From an uncultured Pelagibacteraceae bacterium (GTDB lineage Bacteria > Pseudomonadota > Alphaproteobacteria > Pelagibacterales > Pelagibacteraceae), in assembly GCA_902591755.1 (NCBI GenBank), contig CACJBX010000005.1, positions 18,114 to 82,113 on the forward strand: a stretch of DNA of 64,000 nt, given 5' to 3'. The notes beneath the pieces were generated by a model. The model worked only from the letters and a program-made list of their open reading frames with translations. It searched no databases and had not been told where the DNA came from. Within the stretch, counting starts at the first letter, position 1; each line of letters starts with the position of its first letter. Below, piece after piece: positions 27,623-37,552 of the stretch. Position numbers and translations under genes: made by a program.

Positions 27623-27631
27623 ATTATAACA
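27623..27631 (-). promoter_or_regulatory. Candidate extended -10 promoter of rpsF-rpsR-rplI
   Basis: Minus strand reads TGtTATAAT, 32 nt upstream of the rpsF ATG. Confidence 0.45.
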
Positions 27632-27667
27632 GTTTTATTACAAGACAAAAAAAAGAGTAAAAAAAAG

Positions 27668-28597
27668 ATGTTTTCTATAGTTTTTCCTGGTCAAGGGTCA
27701 CAAAAAATCGGAATGGTTAAAGAATTTTATGAAAAATATGATCTAGCTAAACAAATATTTAAAGATGCAGATGCAATCCTAAATGTTCCAATTACAAAAA
27801 TAATATTTGAGGGTCCAGATAATCAACTTAATTTAACTGAAAATACTCAACCGGCGATATTTCTAGCAAGCTACTGTATTTTTGAGATTATAAAAAAAGA
27901 ATTTGGATATGATTTCAAAAAATTTAAATATTTTGCTGGCCATTCTCTTGGTGAATATTCAGCTTTAGCTTGCGTAGGTTCTATAAGTTTTGAAGACACA
28001 CTAAAAATTCTTCAAAAAAGAGGAAAGTTTATGCAAGAAGCTGTACCAAGTGGTGAAGGAGCTATGTTGGTTGTTCTAGGAATAAGCTCCAAAGAACTTG
28101 ACAAAATTTTAAAGGAAAACAAAGATAAGTATGAGTGTTTTATAGCAAATGATAATTCCCAGCTTCAAGTAGTTGTGAGTGGTCTTAAAAAAGATATCAA
28201 CTTGTTGTCAGAGGATTTAAATAATAAAAAAATAAAGAACTTAAAATTAAATGTTAGTGCCCCATTTCACTGTAAATACATGAGAAAAGCATCTGAAAGA
28301 ATAGCAAGCTTCATTAATGATTTAAAAATAAATGAATTAGAAAAGCCCATAATATCAAATGTTACAGCCAAAGAGACCAGTTCTTCAAAAGAAATCAAAT
28401 TACTCTTAATATCCCAAATTGAAAAAAAAGTGCGTTGGCGAGAGTGTGTTGAGTACATGACAAATAACGGGGTAAAAAATTTTGTAGAAATTGGACCAGG
28501 AAAGGTGTTATCAGGGTTAATTAAAAGAATTAATAAAAATGTAAATGTTAGTTCAATTAATAGTGAACAAGATATAAAGTTGTTGATAAATGATTAA
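27668..28597 (+). CDS. fabD: Malonyl-CoA:ACP transacylase
   Basis: FPGQGSQ, TQPAI, GHSLGEY, SAPFH, EIGPG motifs. Confidence 0.97.
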   Translation: MFSIVFPGQGSQKIGMVKEFYEKYDLAKQIFKDADAILNVPITKIIFEGPDNQLNLTENTQPAIFLASYCIFEIIKKEFGYDFKKFKYFAGHSLGEYSALACVGSISFEDTLKILQKRGKFMQEAVPSGEGAMLVVLGISSKELDKILKENKDKYECFIANDNSQLQVVVSGLKKDINLLSEDLNNKKIKNLKLNVSAPFHCKYMRKASERIASFINDLKINELEKPIISNVTAKETSSSKEIKLLLISQIEKKVRWRECVEYMTNNGVKNFVEIGPGKVLSGLIKRINKNVNVSSINSEQDIKLLIND

Positions 28598-29327
28598 TTT
28601 AAAAGATAAAAAGACTGTTATCACAGGTGCAACAGGTGGTATTGGAAACTCAATCATACAAAAGTTTTTTTCAGAGGGAGCAAAAATTCTAGGCACAGGT
28701 ACAAATGACAAAAAATTAAGCAAACTAAAAGACGATTATGATGGAATTATTTTAAAAAAATTTGATATATCAAAACATAATGAAATAGAAAATTTTGTAG
28801 AGTCCGTTTGTGATGATTTAGGAGGCTGCCCGGAAATATTAATTAACAATGCAGGAATAACAAAAGATAATTTGTCTCTGAGAATGTCACAAACAGAATG
28901 GCAGCAAGTAATAGACATTAATCTCACGTCCACTTTTTTAATATGTAAGTTTTTTTTAAAAAGAATGATTAAAAATAAAACTGGTAAAATAATTAACATT
29001 ACTTCAGTTGTTGGACACACAGGGAATGTAGGTCAAGCAAACTATGCTGCTTCAAAATCTGGTATTGTAGGTATGAGCAAAAGTTTAGCTTTAGAATATG
29101 CTAAAAAGAATATAAATATAAACTGTATTTCGCCAGGATTTATTAAAACAAATATGACTGAAAAAATAGACCCAAAATTTAAGGAATTGATTCTAGCAAA
29201 AATACCATCAAATAGATTAGGTGAACCATCAGATGTAGCCAATGTTGCTGCATTTTTATCTTCAGAAATGTCAAATTATATCACTGGAGAAACAATTCAT
29301 GTTAATGGAGGTATGTATTTGGGTTGA
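28590..29327 (+). CDS. fabG: 3-oxoacyl-ACP reductase
   Basis: TGATGGIG, NNAGITKD, GQANYAASK, HVNGGM; between fabD and acpP. Confidence 0.96.
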   Translation: MINLKDKKTVITGATGGIGNSIIQKFFSEGAKILGTGTNDKKLSKLKDDYDGIILKKFDISKHNEIENFVESVCDDLGGCPEILINNAGITKDNLSLRMSQTEWQQVIDINLTSTFLICKFFLKRMIKNKTGKIINITSVVGHTGNVGQANYAASKSGIVGMSKSLALEYAKKNININCISPGFIKTNMTEKIDPKFKELILAKIPSNRLGEPSDVANVAAFLSSEMSNYITGETIHVNGGMYLG

Positions 29328-29351
29328 CAAAAGTTCTTTTTTATTTATTAA
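29324..29351 (+). promoter_or_regulatory. Candidate internal acpP promoter
   Basis: Perfect TTGACA overlapping the fabG stop, TATTAA 16 nt downstream; AAGGA RBS before the acpP ATG. Confidence 0.5.
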
Positions 29352-29375
29352 GAAAAAATCAAACAAAGGATCAAA

Positions 29376-29615
29376 ATGGCAGAAGATATATCAAGTAAAG
29401 TTAAAAAAATTGTTGCTGACCACCTAGGCATAGATGAAGCAAAAGTTACAGATGAGGCGAGCTTCATTGACGATCTGGGAGCTGATAGTTTGGACACAGT
29501 TGAATTAGTAATGGCTTTTGAAGAAGAATTTGGATCTGAGATTTCAGATAGCGAAGCTGAAAAAATTCTAACAGTAGGCGATGCGATCAAGTTTATTGAA
29601 AACAAAAGTAACTAA
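29376..29615 (+). CDS. acpP: Acyl carrier protein
   Basis: [20 protein letters not shown] phosphopantetheine motif. Confidence 0.98.
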   Translation: MAEDISSKVKKIVADHLGIDEAKVTDEASFIDDLGADSLDTVELVMAFEEEFGSEISDSEAEKILTVGDAIKFIENKSN

Positions 29616-29629
29616 TTTTTAAGACCCCA

Positions 29630-30253
29630 ATGAGTGAAGGGATAATGATAATTCTTTCATCTCCATCAGGAGCAGGGAAAACAACCTTAGTAAAACTTTT
29701 ATCCGAAAGAAAAGGTTTTGTAACATCTGTATCTCATACAACGAGAACACCAAGGTCTAATGAGGTGGATGGAAAAGATTATCATTTTATAAGTAATGAG
29801 AAATTTAAAAAAATGATAAACAACAGTGAATTTTTAGAATTTGCAAAAGTTTTTAAAAATTTTTATGGCACAACAAAATCAAATATTTTTGAAGAATTAA
29901 ATAAAGGGAATAATGTAATATTTGATATTGATTGGCAGGGCACAAATCAAATTATCTCTCAAAAATTTAAAAATAAATTGTTGACTTTTTTTATTTTGCC
30001 ACCGAGCAGGAAAGAGCTATTCAAGAGACTTTCAAATAGAGATATGAAAGATAAGTTGATAGCCGAGGAGAGAATGAAACAATTTGATAAAGATGTCTTA
30101 CACTGGAAAGATTATAATTATGTAATTATTAATAATGAACTTGAAGTTTGCTATAAACAAATTTCAAATTATATAGATTGTGAGATCAATCAAAAAAAAA
30201 TTACTTATGATAAAGACTTAATAAAAAATCATATTAAGAAATTAACTTCCTAG
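29630..30253 (+). CDS. gmk: Guanylate kinase
   Basis: [27 protein letters not shown] motifs. Confidence 0.97.
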   Translation: MSEGIMIILSSPSGAGKTTLVKLLSERKGFVTSVSHTTRTPRSNEVDGKDYHFISNEKFKKMINNSEFLEFAKVFKNFYGTTKSNIFEELNKGNNVIFDIDWQGTNQIISQKFKNKLLTFFILPPSRKELFKRLSNRDMKDKLIAEERMKQFDKDVLHWKDYNYVIINNELEVCYKQISNYIDCEINQKKITYDKDLIKNHIKKLTS

Positions 30254-31027
30254 GGATTCATATTCATTAACGATCTTCAAATATTTGATTATATCCACAT
30301 TTTGTGGTCTATCAGAGGGGTTCAAATTAAACTTTTTATAATTAAATTGTAATTTTTTGAATAGAATACTGATAGGTTTATTTATCATTTTTCTTCTTTG
30401 ACTAAAAAAAACTTTTGTTATCTTTTCTAAATTTTTTGGATCTTTGATTGCATGTATTTTTGTCTTTGGTGTAAATTCTAAAACAGAACTATCAATTTTT
30501 GGCTTTGGAAAAAAACTATTTGGTCTAACGTCTGTTATTTTATGAATATCAAACTTCCAATTTGATAAAATTGTAATCCTGCTATATTCTCTTGAATTTA
30601 CATTAGCCAAAATTCTTTCCGCAACTTCTTTTTGAAACATCAATATCATCTTCGATACATTAAGTTTATTATTAAGACACCAGTTTGATAAAATCTTAGT
30701 TGAAATATTGTAAGGAAGATTACCTAAAATTAAAAATTTTTTACCGGAATAAAATTCATCAGGAATTTTAAGAATATCCTTTTTGATGATATTTATTTTG
30801 TTACAATATTGCTTTTCGAGCTCACCTGCAAGACTCTTGTCTTTCTCAACAGCATATATTTTTTTTGGTTTCTGAGAAATAATATATTTTGTTAAGTTTC
30901 CTGTGCCTGGTCCTATTTCCAGCACCTGATCATTTGAAGAAATTTTTGATGCATTAATAATTTTGTGAATAATATTTTTATCATGTAAAAAATTTTGTCC
31001 TAAACTTTTTTTTGGCTTAACTAACAT
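30242..31027 (-). CDS. rsmA: 16S rRNA m6,2A dimethyltransferase KsgA
   Basis: [39 protein letters not shown]. Confidence 0.96.
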   Translation of the reverse strand: MLVKPKKSLGQNFLHDKNIIHKIINASKISSNDQVLEIGPGTGNLTKYIISQKPKKIYAVEKDKSLAGELEKQYCNKINIIKKDILKIPDEFYSGKKFLILGNLPYNISTKILSNWCLNNKLNVSKMILMFQKEVAERILANVNSREYSRITILSNWKFDIHKITDVRPNSFFPKPKIDSSVLEFTPKTKIHAIKDPKNLEKITKVFFSQRRKMINKPISILFKKLQFNYKKFNLNPSDRPQNVDIIKYLKIVNEYESLGS

Positions 31028-31976
31028 ATTTTTTTATAAAACTAAAAGCTTGAATTAAGCTGTCTGGTTTAGACTTGTTTAATCCAAACATTTTATAATT
31101 AGGCCCATGATCCGGTGTAATTCTTATAAATGGCAAACCAATTGTAATATTTATTGCATTGAAACCAAAAATTGTTTTCATTGGTGCAAGAACTTGATCA
31201 TGGTACATTCCAACAACAACATCAAATTTTTTCCTGTTTTCTTTTAAAAAAATTGTATCTGCAGAAAGGGGACCTAAAACTTTTATCTTCTTTCTCTTCA
31301 ACACTTTTATTGCCGGTAAAATTTCTTTTTTTTCAATGTTTTTACCTGCAAATGTTTCACAATGAGGGTTAAGACCTGTAACAGCAATATTTGGCTTCAA
31401 ACCTAAAAATTTTTTGTAAAATTCATTTATATTCTTTATCTTTTTGACTATAACTTCCTTTTTAATCTTTCGTGAAACTTTGTTAATAGGTATGTGAGTT
31501 GTCATTGGGCTTACACTGAGCTCTTTGTTAAAAATCAACATCACTTCATTTAAAGACCCAGTTTTAAAAGCTAAATATTCGGTAATACCTTTATATTTTC
31601 CCTTAAGGAAGGTTGTTTTAGAAATTGGACCGTTAATCAAAGCTAATAAATTATTTTTTTTTAGTAAATTAAGCCCTACATCAAAAGATTTTTTTATATA
31701 TTCATTTTTTTTTATTAAAGACAAATTTCCTTTTTTAAGGGGAATATCAACAATATATATTCTATTTTTACGTAAATTAATTTGATTTTCATATTTTTGA
31801 AAATTTATTTTTGTTTTCATTTTTTTAAGTTCATTTTCAAATATTTTTTCTGAACAAACAATTATTACTGGAAACTTTGATTTCTTATAAATTTTATTTT
31901 TTAAAGTTTTAATTAAAATCTCATTAAAAGTACTCTCAGGATCTCCACAAATAATTACAACTGACTTATTTTTCAT
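31017..31976 (-). CDS. pdxA: 4-hydroxythreonine-4-phosphate dehydrogenase, divergent
   Basis: TTHIP, GLNPH, ADTIF, MYHDQ, NITIGLPFIRITPDHG; between surA and rsmA. Confidence 0.9.
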   Translation of the reverse strand: MKNKSVVIICGDPESTFNEILIKTLKNKIYKKSKFPVIIVCSEKIFENELKKMKTKINFQKYENQINLRKNRIYIVDIPLKKGNLSLIKKNEYIKKSFDVGLNLLKKNNLLALINGPISKTTFLKGKYKGITEYLAFKTGSLNEVMLIFNKELSVSPMTTHIPINKVSRKIKKEVIVKKIKNINEFYKKFLGLKPNIAVTGLNPHCETFAGKNIEKKEILPAIKVLKRKKIKVLGPLSADTIFLKENRKKFDVVVGMYHDQVLAPMKTIFGFNAINITIGLPFIRITPDHGPNYKMFGLNKSKPDSLIQAFSFIKKYVS

Positions 31977-32895
31977 TTATTTCAGCGTTATTATAAATTC
32001 TTTTATAAAACAAAGTTGAAAATCTTGTCAATTGTCTTTCTCTCTCAAACTCAATCATCTTTTTTAATTGAGCGTCTTTATCAATTTTAATGCTTTCAGT
32101 TTTAGCATCATTCAACTTTAATATTAAAAAACCACCACTTGTAACAATTGGTTTAGTAAAATCTCCAATATTTATATTGTCAATAACATCTTTTATTTCT
32201 TTTGATAGCTGGTTCTTATAAATCCATCCTAAATTACCACCACTTTTTTTACTATCAGACAAACTATAAATTCTTGCAGTTTCTTCAAATCCTATTTCTT
32301 TGATGCTCTGTTTAATTGACTCATATTTTAATTCTAACTCCTTCTTTTCATTAATTGAAAAAATTATTTCTGAAAGTAGGAGATTTTCAACTTTCTTTTC
32401 GTCAATTTTTTCAAGCTCTTTGCTCATCAGATCTTGATCAATTTCTATTTCATTATTAAAGATTCTTACAATCAAGTCATTCCAAGCGATCTCTATTGCA
32501 ATTTTTTCTTTAACCCTTTTTATATCAACTTCATTTTGAGATAGATAACCTTCAAACTCACTCAAACTTGAAATTCCGATACTAGAATATATATCTGCAA
32601 TTACATTTGAAAGTAATGTTTCATTAGGCTTTATCTCAAAGTTTTTTTCTATCTCAATTTTTTTAATTTTTTCATTAATTAATGAATTTTTTGCATACTC
32701 TGTAATACGTTTGTTATCTAATTTATTCAGGTTTGGGTTTAAAGAGACCAAATACTTTTTTTCGAAGTCAATATCTATATTGGTTATTATTTCTTGATTT
32801 ACCTTAGCAATTATAAAAACATCAGAAAGCGCTGGACTCCAAGAAATCATATTTATAAATAAGATAAGATAAATATTTAATAAAAATTGTTTCAT
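31966..32895 (-). CDS. surA: SurA-like periplasmic chaperone/PPIase
   Basis: Signal peptide, AKVNQEIIT, parvulin motif FEETARIYS...GGNLGW; lptD-surA-pdxA-rsmA synteny. Confidence 0.85.
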   Translation of the reverse strand: MKQFLLNIYLILFINMISWSPALSDVFIIAKVNQEIITNIDIDFEKKYLVSLNPNLNKLDNKRITEYAKNSLINEKIKKIEIEKNFEIKPNETLLSNVIADIYSSIGISSLSEFEGYLSQNEVDIKRVKEKIAIEIAWNDLIVRIFNNEIEIDQDLMSKELEKIDEKKVENLLLSEIIFSINEKKELELKYESIKQSIKEIGFEETARIYSLSDSKKSGGNLGWIYKNQLSKEIKDVIDNINIGDFTKPIVTSGGFLILKLNDAKTESIKIDKDAQLKKMIEFERERQLTRFSTLFYKRIYNNAEINEK

Positions 32896-32897
32896 TT

Positions 32898-35282
32898 TTA
32901 TCTCACACTTGGAGTATTTAAAGTTGTTAGAGGTACAATAGAAATAGCAAAAAATAGTTCCTCTGTAGGTTTTAATTCGTTATCAGAGTAATAGTCTTTA
33001 TTATATTGTATCGAGGCAGTTAAACAATCATTTTTATATTCATATATTAAATTGTAAAATTCAGTAAAGTCAGTTTTTTCGTTTCTTCGGGTCCTGTACC
33101 TAAGAGAATATGCATTACTAAAGTTATATGCAGCTTCATGAGTAAGATAGCTTTCACTTCCAACCTCATCATCTTCTTGTAAAAATTCAAAAGATGTCAC
33201 AAATTTATTTACAGAAATATCTGTTCGAAGTAGATTATAGTTAGAGGACTCAAAGTCGCTATCAACTGAAAAATTATAATCAAATTTAAGATTATTATTT
33301 GGTTCAAAAAATATTGAACCAATAAAATCAGACCCTTTGTTATTTAATGTTGACTTTGTAGGTAAATTTATCTCTTCTTCATCTCTCAAGACTGTTGCTA
33401 AACCTGTTTTAACTATATCTTTGTCATTCTCCTTTCCTTTAAGTATATATTCTCCACCGAGTGTTAAAGATCTTCCACCCTCGACGGAGTCGTCCAAGCT
33501 CAATCTATTTTGTGTAAATATGTTGTTAATATCAATTTTTCTATCAAGGGTTTTTAAGTCTTTATTTGCATTTGGACTATACATTACAGATCCTTTAGCA
33601 GTGAAAAAATTATCAAAAAATTCTCCATTTTTTTTTAATGGATATGAAATATCATAAAAAAAAGATCCATAATTTTCTGAACTAAATTTGTTTTTATAAT
33701 TTGATGAGTTATCACCTTCAGAAGTAATATTTTTAAAAAGTAAATTGAATTTATTTACAAAACCTAATGATGTAATTTTTGGATTTGAAGAAAATTTTAA
33801 GTCATTTATTAAGACTTTTTCGTAAATATTAGTATCGTAATTTTTAATATTTCCACTCGAAATTATCTCATAATTACCATCAAAACTTGATGGAAGTCTT
33901 TTTGAAAATTTATAACTAGGAAAAATATATTCATACTTGTCACTAGATCTGTCCACTGTTAAATCTTCATAGGCCTCAAATTTTGTTTCCAAGTTTATAT
34001 CTCTGCTACTACCTCTGAATATTAAAAAAGAATTCAATAAAGATTGATTATTGTTAATAGCAGAGTTAATGTTATGTGATTTTAAGTAGTTGTCATCAGA
34101 GGTTGTTTCTAAATTTATTTCTATTTCACTTAAATCAAATATATCCATATTAAGTTTAGTTAAAGAATTTGAAAAAAAATGGGTTTTAGATGTCGAGTCT
34201 TTTGTTTTTAAACTAAAGTCTGTAATATGTTTTGAGTTTTTATTAACTTGTCTGTATTCATTTTGAAATAATCCTTCATTTTCTGAAAAGATCCTTGAGG
34301 TAAATGTCAAATCTTTGTTATCACTTATAACTTTATAGTAAGGTAATTTGAAAGAAAGCCCTAAACTTGATGAGTCTATTACTTCTGGCATTAAAAAGCC
34401 TGACTGTCTTTTGACTGTTGGATCTGGATGAAAGAATTTAGGAAAATAGACAATTGGCTTATCATATATTTCAAGCCAAGCATTTTTATAGTTGATAATT
34501 TTTTTTTCTTTATCGTGCTTAATTTCTTTTGCTTTTATTTGCCAAGGTGGGCAGTCATCATTTTTTTTGCAAGTTGTAAAAACTCCCTTTTTTATAATTG
34601 AATTTTTCCCGTCACTAAAAAAATAATTTCCTTTTAGTCTAGGGTCGTTCATTGAGTTCCCAAAAATATTTTTATTAAAATCTATTTTTACATTATCAGC
34701 TATTATTTTATTTTTAGAGAAATCTATAATTGCATTTTCAAAATTATAAAAATTTTTATCAAAATCTAACAATTTTACCATTTTTCCTTTTATTAACTGA
34801 TTTTGTGCATTGTAATTTAACTGTTTAAATTCTATCTGATTCCCCAAATTATCTTTTATTTTAGAAATATGATTAATAAAAATTTCCTCAGAACTTCTTT
34901 CGTAGATTATTTCTTTTGTGTTAAGTGTATAATTGTCTTCAAATTTAATCTCAACATTTCCTGAAGAAATAATTTTTTCTATATTTTTGTCGTAAGAAAT
35001 ATAATCACTATAAATTTTAATATTTTCTATTTTATTTGTAATTTCAATGTTACCATTTGCTTTAAGAAATTTCTTTTCCTTATCATATCTCATTTGATCA
35101 GCATCAATGACTATTTCATCACCTGAAAAAATTTTAACTCCATCTTTTGCAATTACAATCTTGTCCTTATCTATTATCTCGATTGAGCTTGCTTCAAATC
35201 TTAACTCTTCAGAATATACGCTTAAAAAATTTACAAAAAATATTGAAAAAAATAAAAACTTTAAAGCAAAATTACTTTTCAT
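32898..35282 (-). CDS. lptD: LPS-assembly outer-membrane protein LptD
   Basis: OstA-like N-terminus, FTTC..CPPW, PDPTVKRQSGFL, YKNDC in the C-terminal barrel. Confidence 0.92.
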   Translation of the reverse strand: MKSNFALKFLFFSIFFVNFLSVYSEELRFEASSIEIIDKDKIVIAKDGVKIFSGDEIVIDADQMRYDKEKKFLKANGNIEITNKIENIKIYSDYISYDKNIEKIISSGNVEIKFEDNYTLNTKEIIYERSSEEIFINHISKIKDNLGNQIEFKQLNYNAQNQLIKGKMVKLLDFDKNFYNFENAIIDFSKNKIIADNVKIDFNKNIFGNSMNDPRLKGNYFFSDGKNSIIKKGVFTTCKKNDDCPPWQIKAKEIKHDKEKKIINYKNAWLEIYDKPIVYFPKFFHPDPTVKRQSGFLMPEVIDSSSLGLSFKLPYYKVISDNKDLTFTSRIFSENEGLFQNEYRQVNKNSKHITDFSLKTKDSTSKTHFFSNSLTKLNMDIFDLSEIEINLETTSDDNYLKSHNINSAINNNQSLLNSFLIFRGSSRDINLETKFEAYEDLTVDRSSDKYEYIFPSYKFSKRLPSSFDGNYEIISSGNIKNYDTNIYEKVLINDLKFSSNPKITSLGFVNKFNLLFKNITSEGDNSSNYKNKFSSENYGSFFYDISYPLKKNGEFFDNFFTAKGSVMYSPNANKDLKTLDRKIDINNIFTQNRLSLDDSVEGGRSLTLGGEYILKGKENDKDIVKTGLATVLRDEEEINLPTKSTLNNKGSDFIGSIFFEPNNNLKFDYNFSVDSDFESSNYNLLRTDISVNKFVTSFEFLQEDDEVGSESYLTHEAAYNFSNAYSLRYRTRRNEKTDFTEFYNLIYEYKNDCLTASIQYNKDYYSDNELKPTEELFFAISIVPLTTLNTPSVR

Positions 35283-36354
35283 TGATCCTTACCAAATTAA
35301 CCATTGATACTATACCAATCATCAAAAGTGGTACCCAAATAGATACCAACACAGGAACTTTCTCATTTTTTCCAAGTTCCTCAAAAAAGAAGCTTAAATA
35401 ATAAATTATGACAGAAATAAGAATCCCGAATATCATATGGAATATTTTCGTTCTATTTTGTTTAATATTCATCATTATTGTTGCTGACAAAATAGTCATT
35501 AACATTAAATAAAAAGGAAATGAAAAAATTTTTTGGATCGCTGAGTCTACTTCTATAGAAGAATAGTTTATCTCATTATACTTATTTCTCAGCTCATTTA
35601 ATTCAAAGATTGATAGAGAAGTTAAATTAGAAAACAACGAACTGATATCTTGAAAGTCTATATTTGTGCTTAATTGAAAATCGTTAATTCTTTGATTTGA
35701 CTCTTTCTCGTTATTTAAAATAGCACTTTCAGATTTCCATATTTTATTTTTTATATTGACTTTCTCAGCTGATATATTTTGAATAAAATTGAAATCCTTA
35801 TCAAACTGAACTATATCAACATTATTTAAAATATTTCCTTTTAAATCTATTGCATTTATAATACTTGTTATTCCATTTTTCGCATCTTTAATCCAAATCC
35901 CATTTTCAGTAATAACAGCTAAATATTTATTATCCTTCGCATAAGAATTTTTAATATTCAGATAAGAATGTTTAAGATTTGATGATAAATTGTAAAATAT
36001 TGTTACTATTATCACACCAACTAGAAAACTTAAAACAGCTAATAATTTAATAATTTTTGAATTACTCAAACCAAAATTCTTAAATGAAATATTTTCATTC
36101 TGTTCGATTAATTTTATGAAAAAGAATTGAGTTGTAATTAAAAAAATAAAAGGAAAAATTTCAAATAAAATTGATGGAATATTTAAAAAAGTTAAAAATA
36201 CTGGCAACCCGATCGAAACATCTAAATCTTTAAAAAAGTTAATTTCTTCGAAAATATTTAATATAAAAGCAAGTGTTATAAAAATCAAAACTGTCTTAAC
36301 AAATGTTAATAGGAATTGTTTACTTATATAATTTTGATATACTTTAAAGATCAT
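35272..36354 (-). CDS. lptG: LPS export permease LptG
   Basis: YjgP/YjgQ topology (3 TM, periplasmic domain, 3 TM); position between lptF and lptD. Confidence 0.85.
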   Translation of the reverse strand: MIFKVYQNYISKQFLLTFVKTVLIFITLAFILNIFEEINFFKDLDVSIGLPVFLTFLNIPSILFEIFPFIFLITTQFFFIKLIEQNENISFKNFGLSNSKIIKLLAVLSFLVGVIIVTIFYNLSSNLKHSYLNIKNSYAKDNKYLAVITENGIWIKDAKNGITSIINAIDLKGNILNNVDIVQFDKDFNFIQNISAEKVNIKNKIWKSESAILNNEKESNQRINDFQLSTNIDFQDISSLFSNLTSLSIFELNELRNKYNEINYSSIEVDSAIQKIFSFPFYLMLMTILSATIMMNIKQNRTKIFHMIFGILISVIIYYLSFFFEELGKNEKVPVLVSIWVPLLMIGIVSMVNLVRINEK

Positions 36355-37496
36355 TTCGAAGAGGTTAAAGATTTTTTTAAAAATAAAAAATAAAATATTA
36401 TTGATATAAAGACTGGGACTATCATTAACAAGAAACTTTTATTTAAATCGTAAGAAAAAAATTTTGTTAAAATTTCTGAGAAAGAAATTAAAATTACTCC
36501 TGTAATAAAGATTATTATTTTATATCTTGAATATCCCATAGAGTTTTTTGATTTGATTAAAAGCAAAGCAGAGATGATAGCCAAGAGAGGAATATATAAA
36601 GGTTTAAATATTCTACTAAAAAGCTCTTGTGAAAGATTATTCAATTGTTTTGGTTCGTGTGAACATTGGAAACCAAATTCGTTTTTATCACCAAGCATTA
36701 TTTGAGCTCTTTGATCTTTTGGCTGAAACAAGCATTTCGATAAAACGAAAATACTAATCTCCTGTAACTTTGGATACTTAGTAGTTTTTGAACTGTATTC
36801 AGATAAATTTAATTGTGTTTTATTAAAGTTAATGACAGTTGTTTTACCCTTATTGATATTTAAAATTTTCCCTTCATTTAATATTAAAAAATTTTGGTTA
36901 TCGAATTGAGAAAAAAAACCTGTTTTTGCATAAATAATTCTAGAGTCATTATTATTGTATGTATCTTTTATAACTATATTTTTAAATTGATCTAACTCAT
37001 TCTTTTTATCAACATATATTGTAAGTTTTTCTACTGTATCCATAAATTTTTTGGGTTTCACAAGCGAGGGTAAAAAATCAACATTTGATTGTCTTATAAA
37101 AGATCTTGCTTTATCTTGAGTAAAAGGTACCAAAAAAATATTCATTATAGATTGTAAAATTAAAAAAATTAAAGAATATTTAATAATTACATTTAAAAAC
37201 TCACTTTTTTTTATACCATTCGACCAAAATATAAGGGTTTGGTTTTGATCCTCATATTTTACAAGTGTAAAAAAAACAGCAAAGAAAAACATAAAGGGCA
37301 ATATTTCATTAACAATTTTTGGCAAACTTAATAATGTATACATAAAATAAATTTTGAAACCGTGCCCATCTTCAGTCACGAAACCTAAGTAGTTTACAGC
37401 TTGAATTACCCAAACAATAAGTGCGACAGAACTACAAGAAAGTAAAAAAAATATTGTTGTTTCACGTAAAAAGTTTTTAAAAATAATTTTTTTCAT
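36351..37496 (-). CDS. lptF: LPS export permease LptF
   Basis: YjgP/YjgQ topology; divergent from pepA as in other proteobacteria. Confidence 0.85.
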   Translation of the reverse strand: MKKIIFKNFLRETTIFFLLSCSSVALIVWVIQAVNYLGFVTEDGHGFKIYFMYTLLSLPKIVNEILPFMFFFAVFFTLVKYEDQNQTLIFWSNGIKKSEFLNVIIKYSLIFLILQSIMNIFLVPFTQDKARSFIRQSNVDFLPSLVKPKKFMDTVEKLTIYVDKKNELDQFKNIVIKDTYNNNDSRIIYAKTGFFSQFDNQNFLILNEGKILNINKGKTTVINFNKTQLNLSEYSSKTTKYPKLQEISIFVLSKCLFQPKDQRAQIMLGDKNEFGFQCSHEPKQLNNLSQELFSRIFKPLYIPLLAIISALLLIKSKNSMGYSRYKIIIFITGVILISFSEILTKFFSYDLNKSFLLMIVPVFISIIFYFLFLKKSLTSSK

Positions 37497-37552
37497 TGAA
37501 ATTCTATAAAATAAACATATACACGTTTTGGTAGAAAAATGAATAAAAAATT

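Noticed and set aside
27591-27667. S6:S18-binding leader RNA upstream of rpsF
   Set aside because: No CCC-containing stem-loop is present in this short AT-rich spacer.
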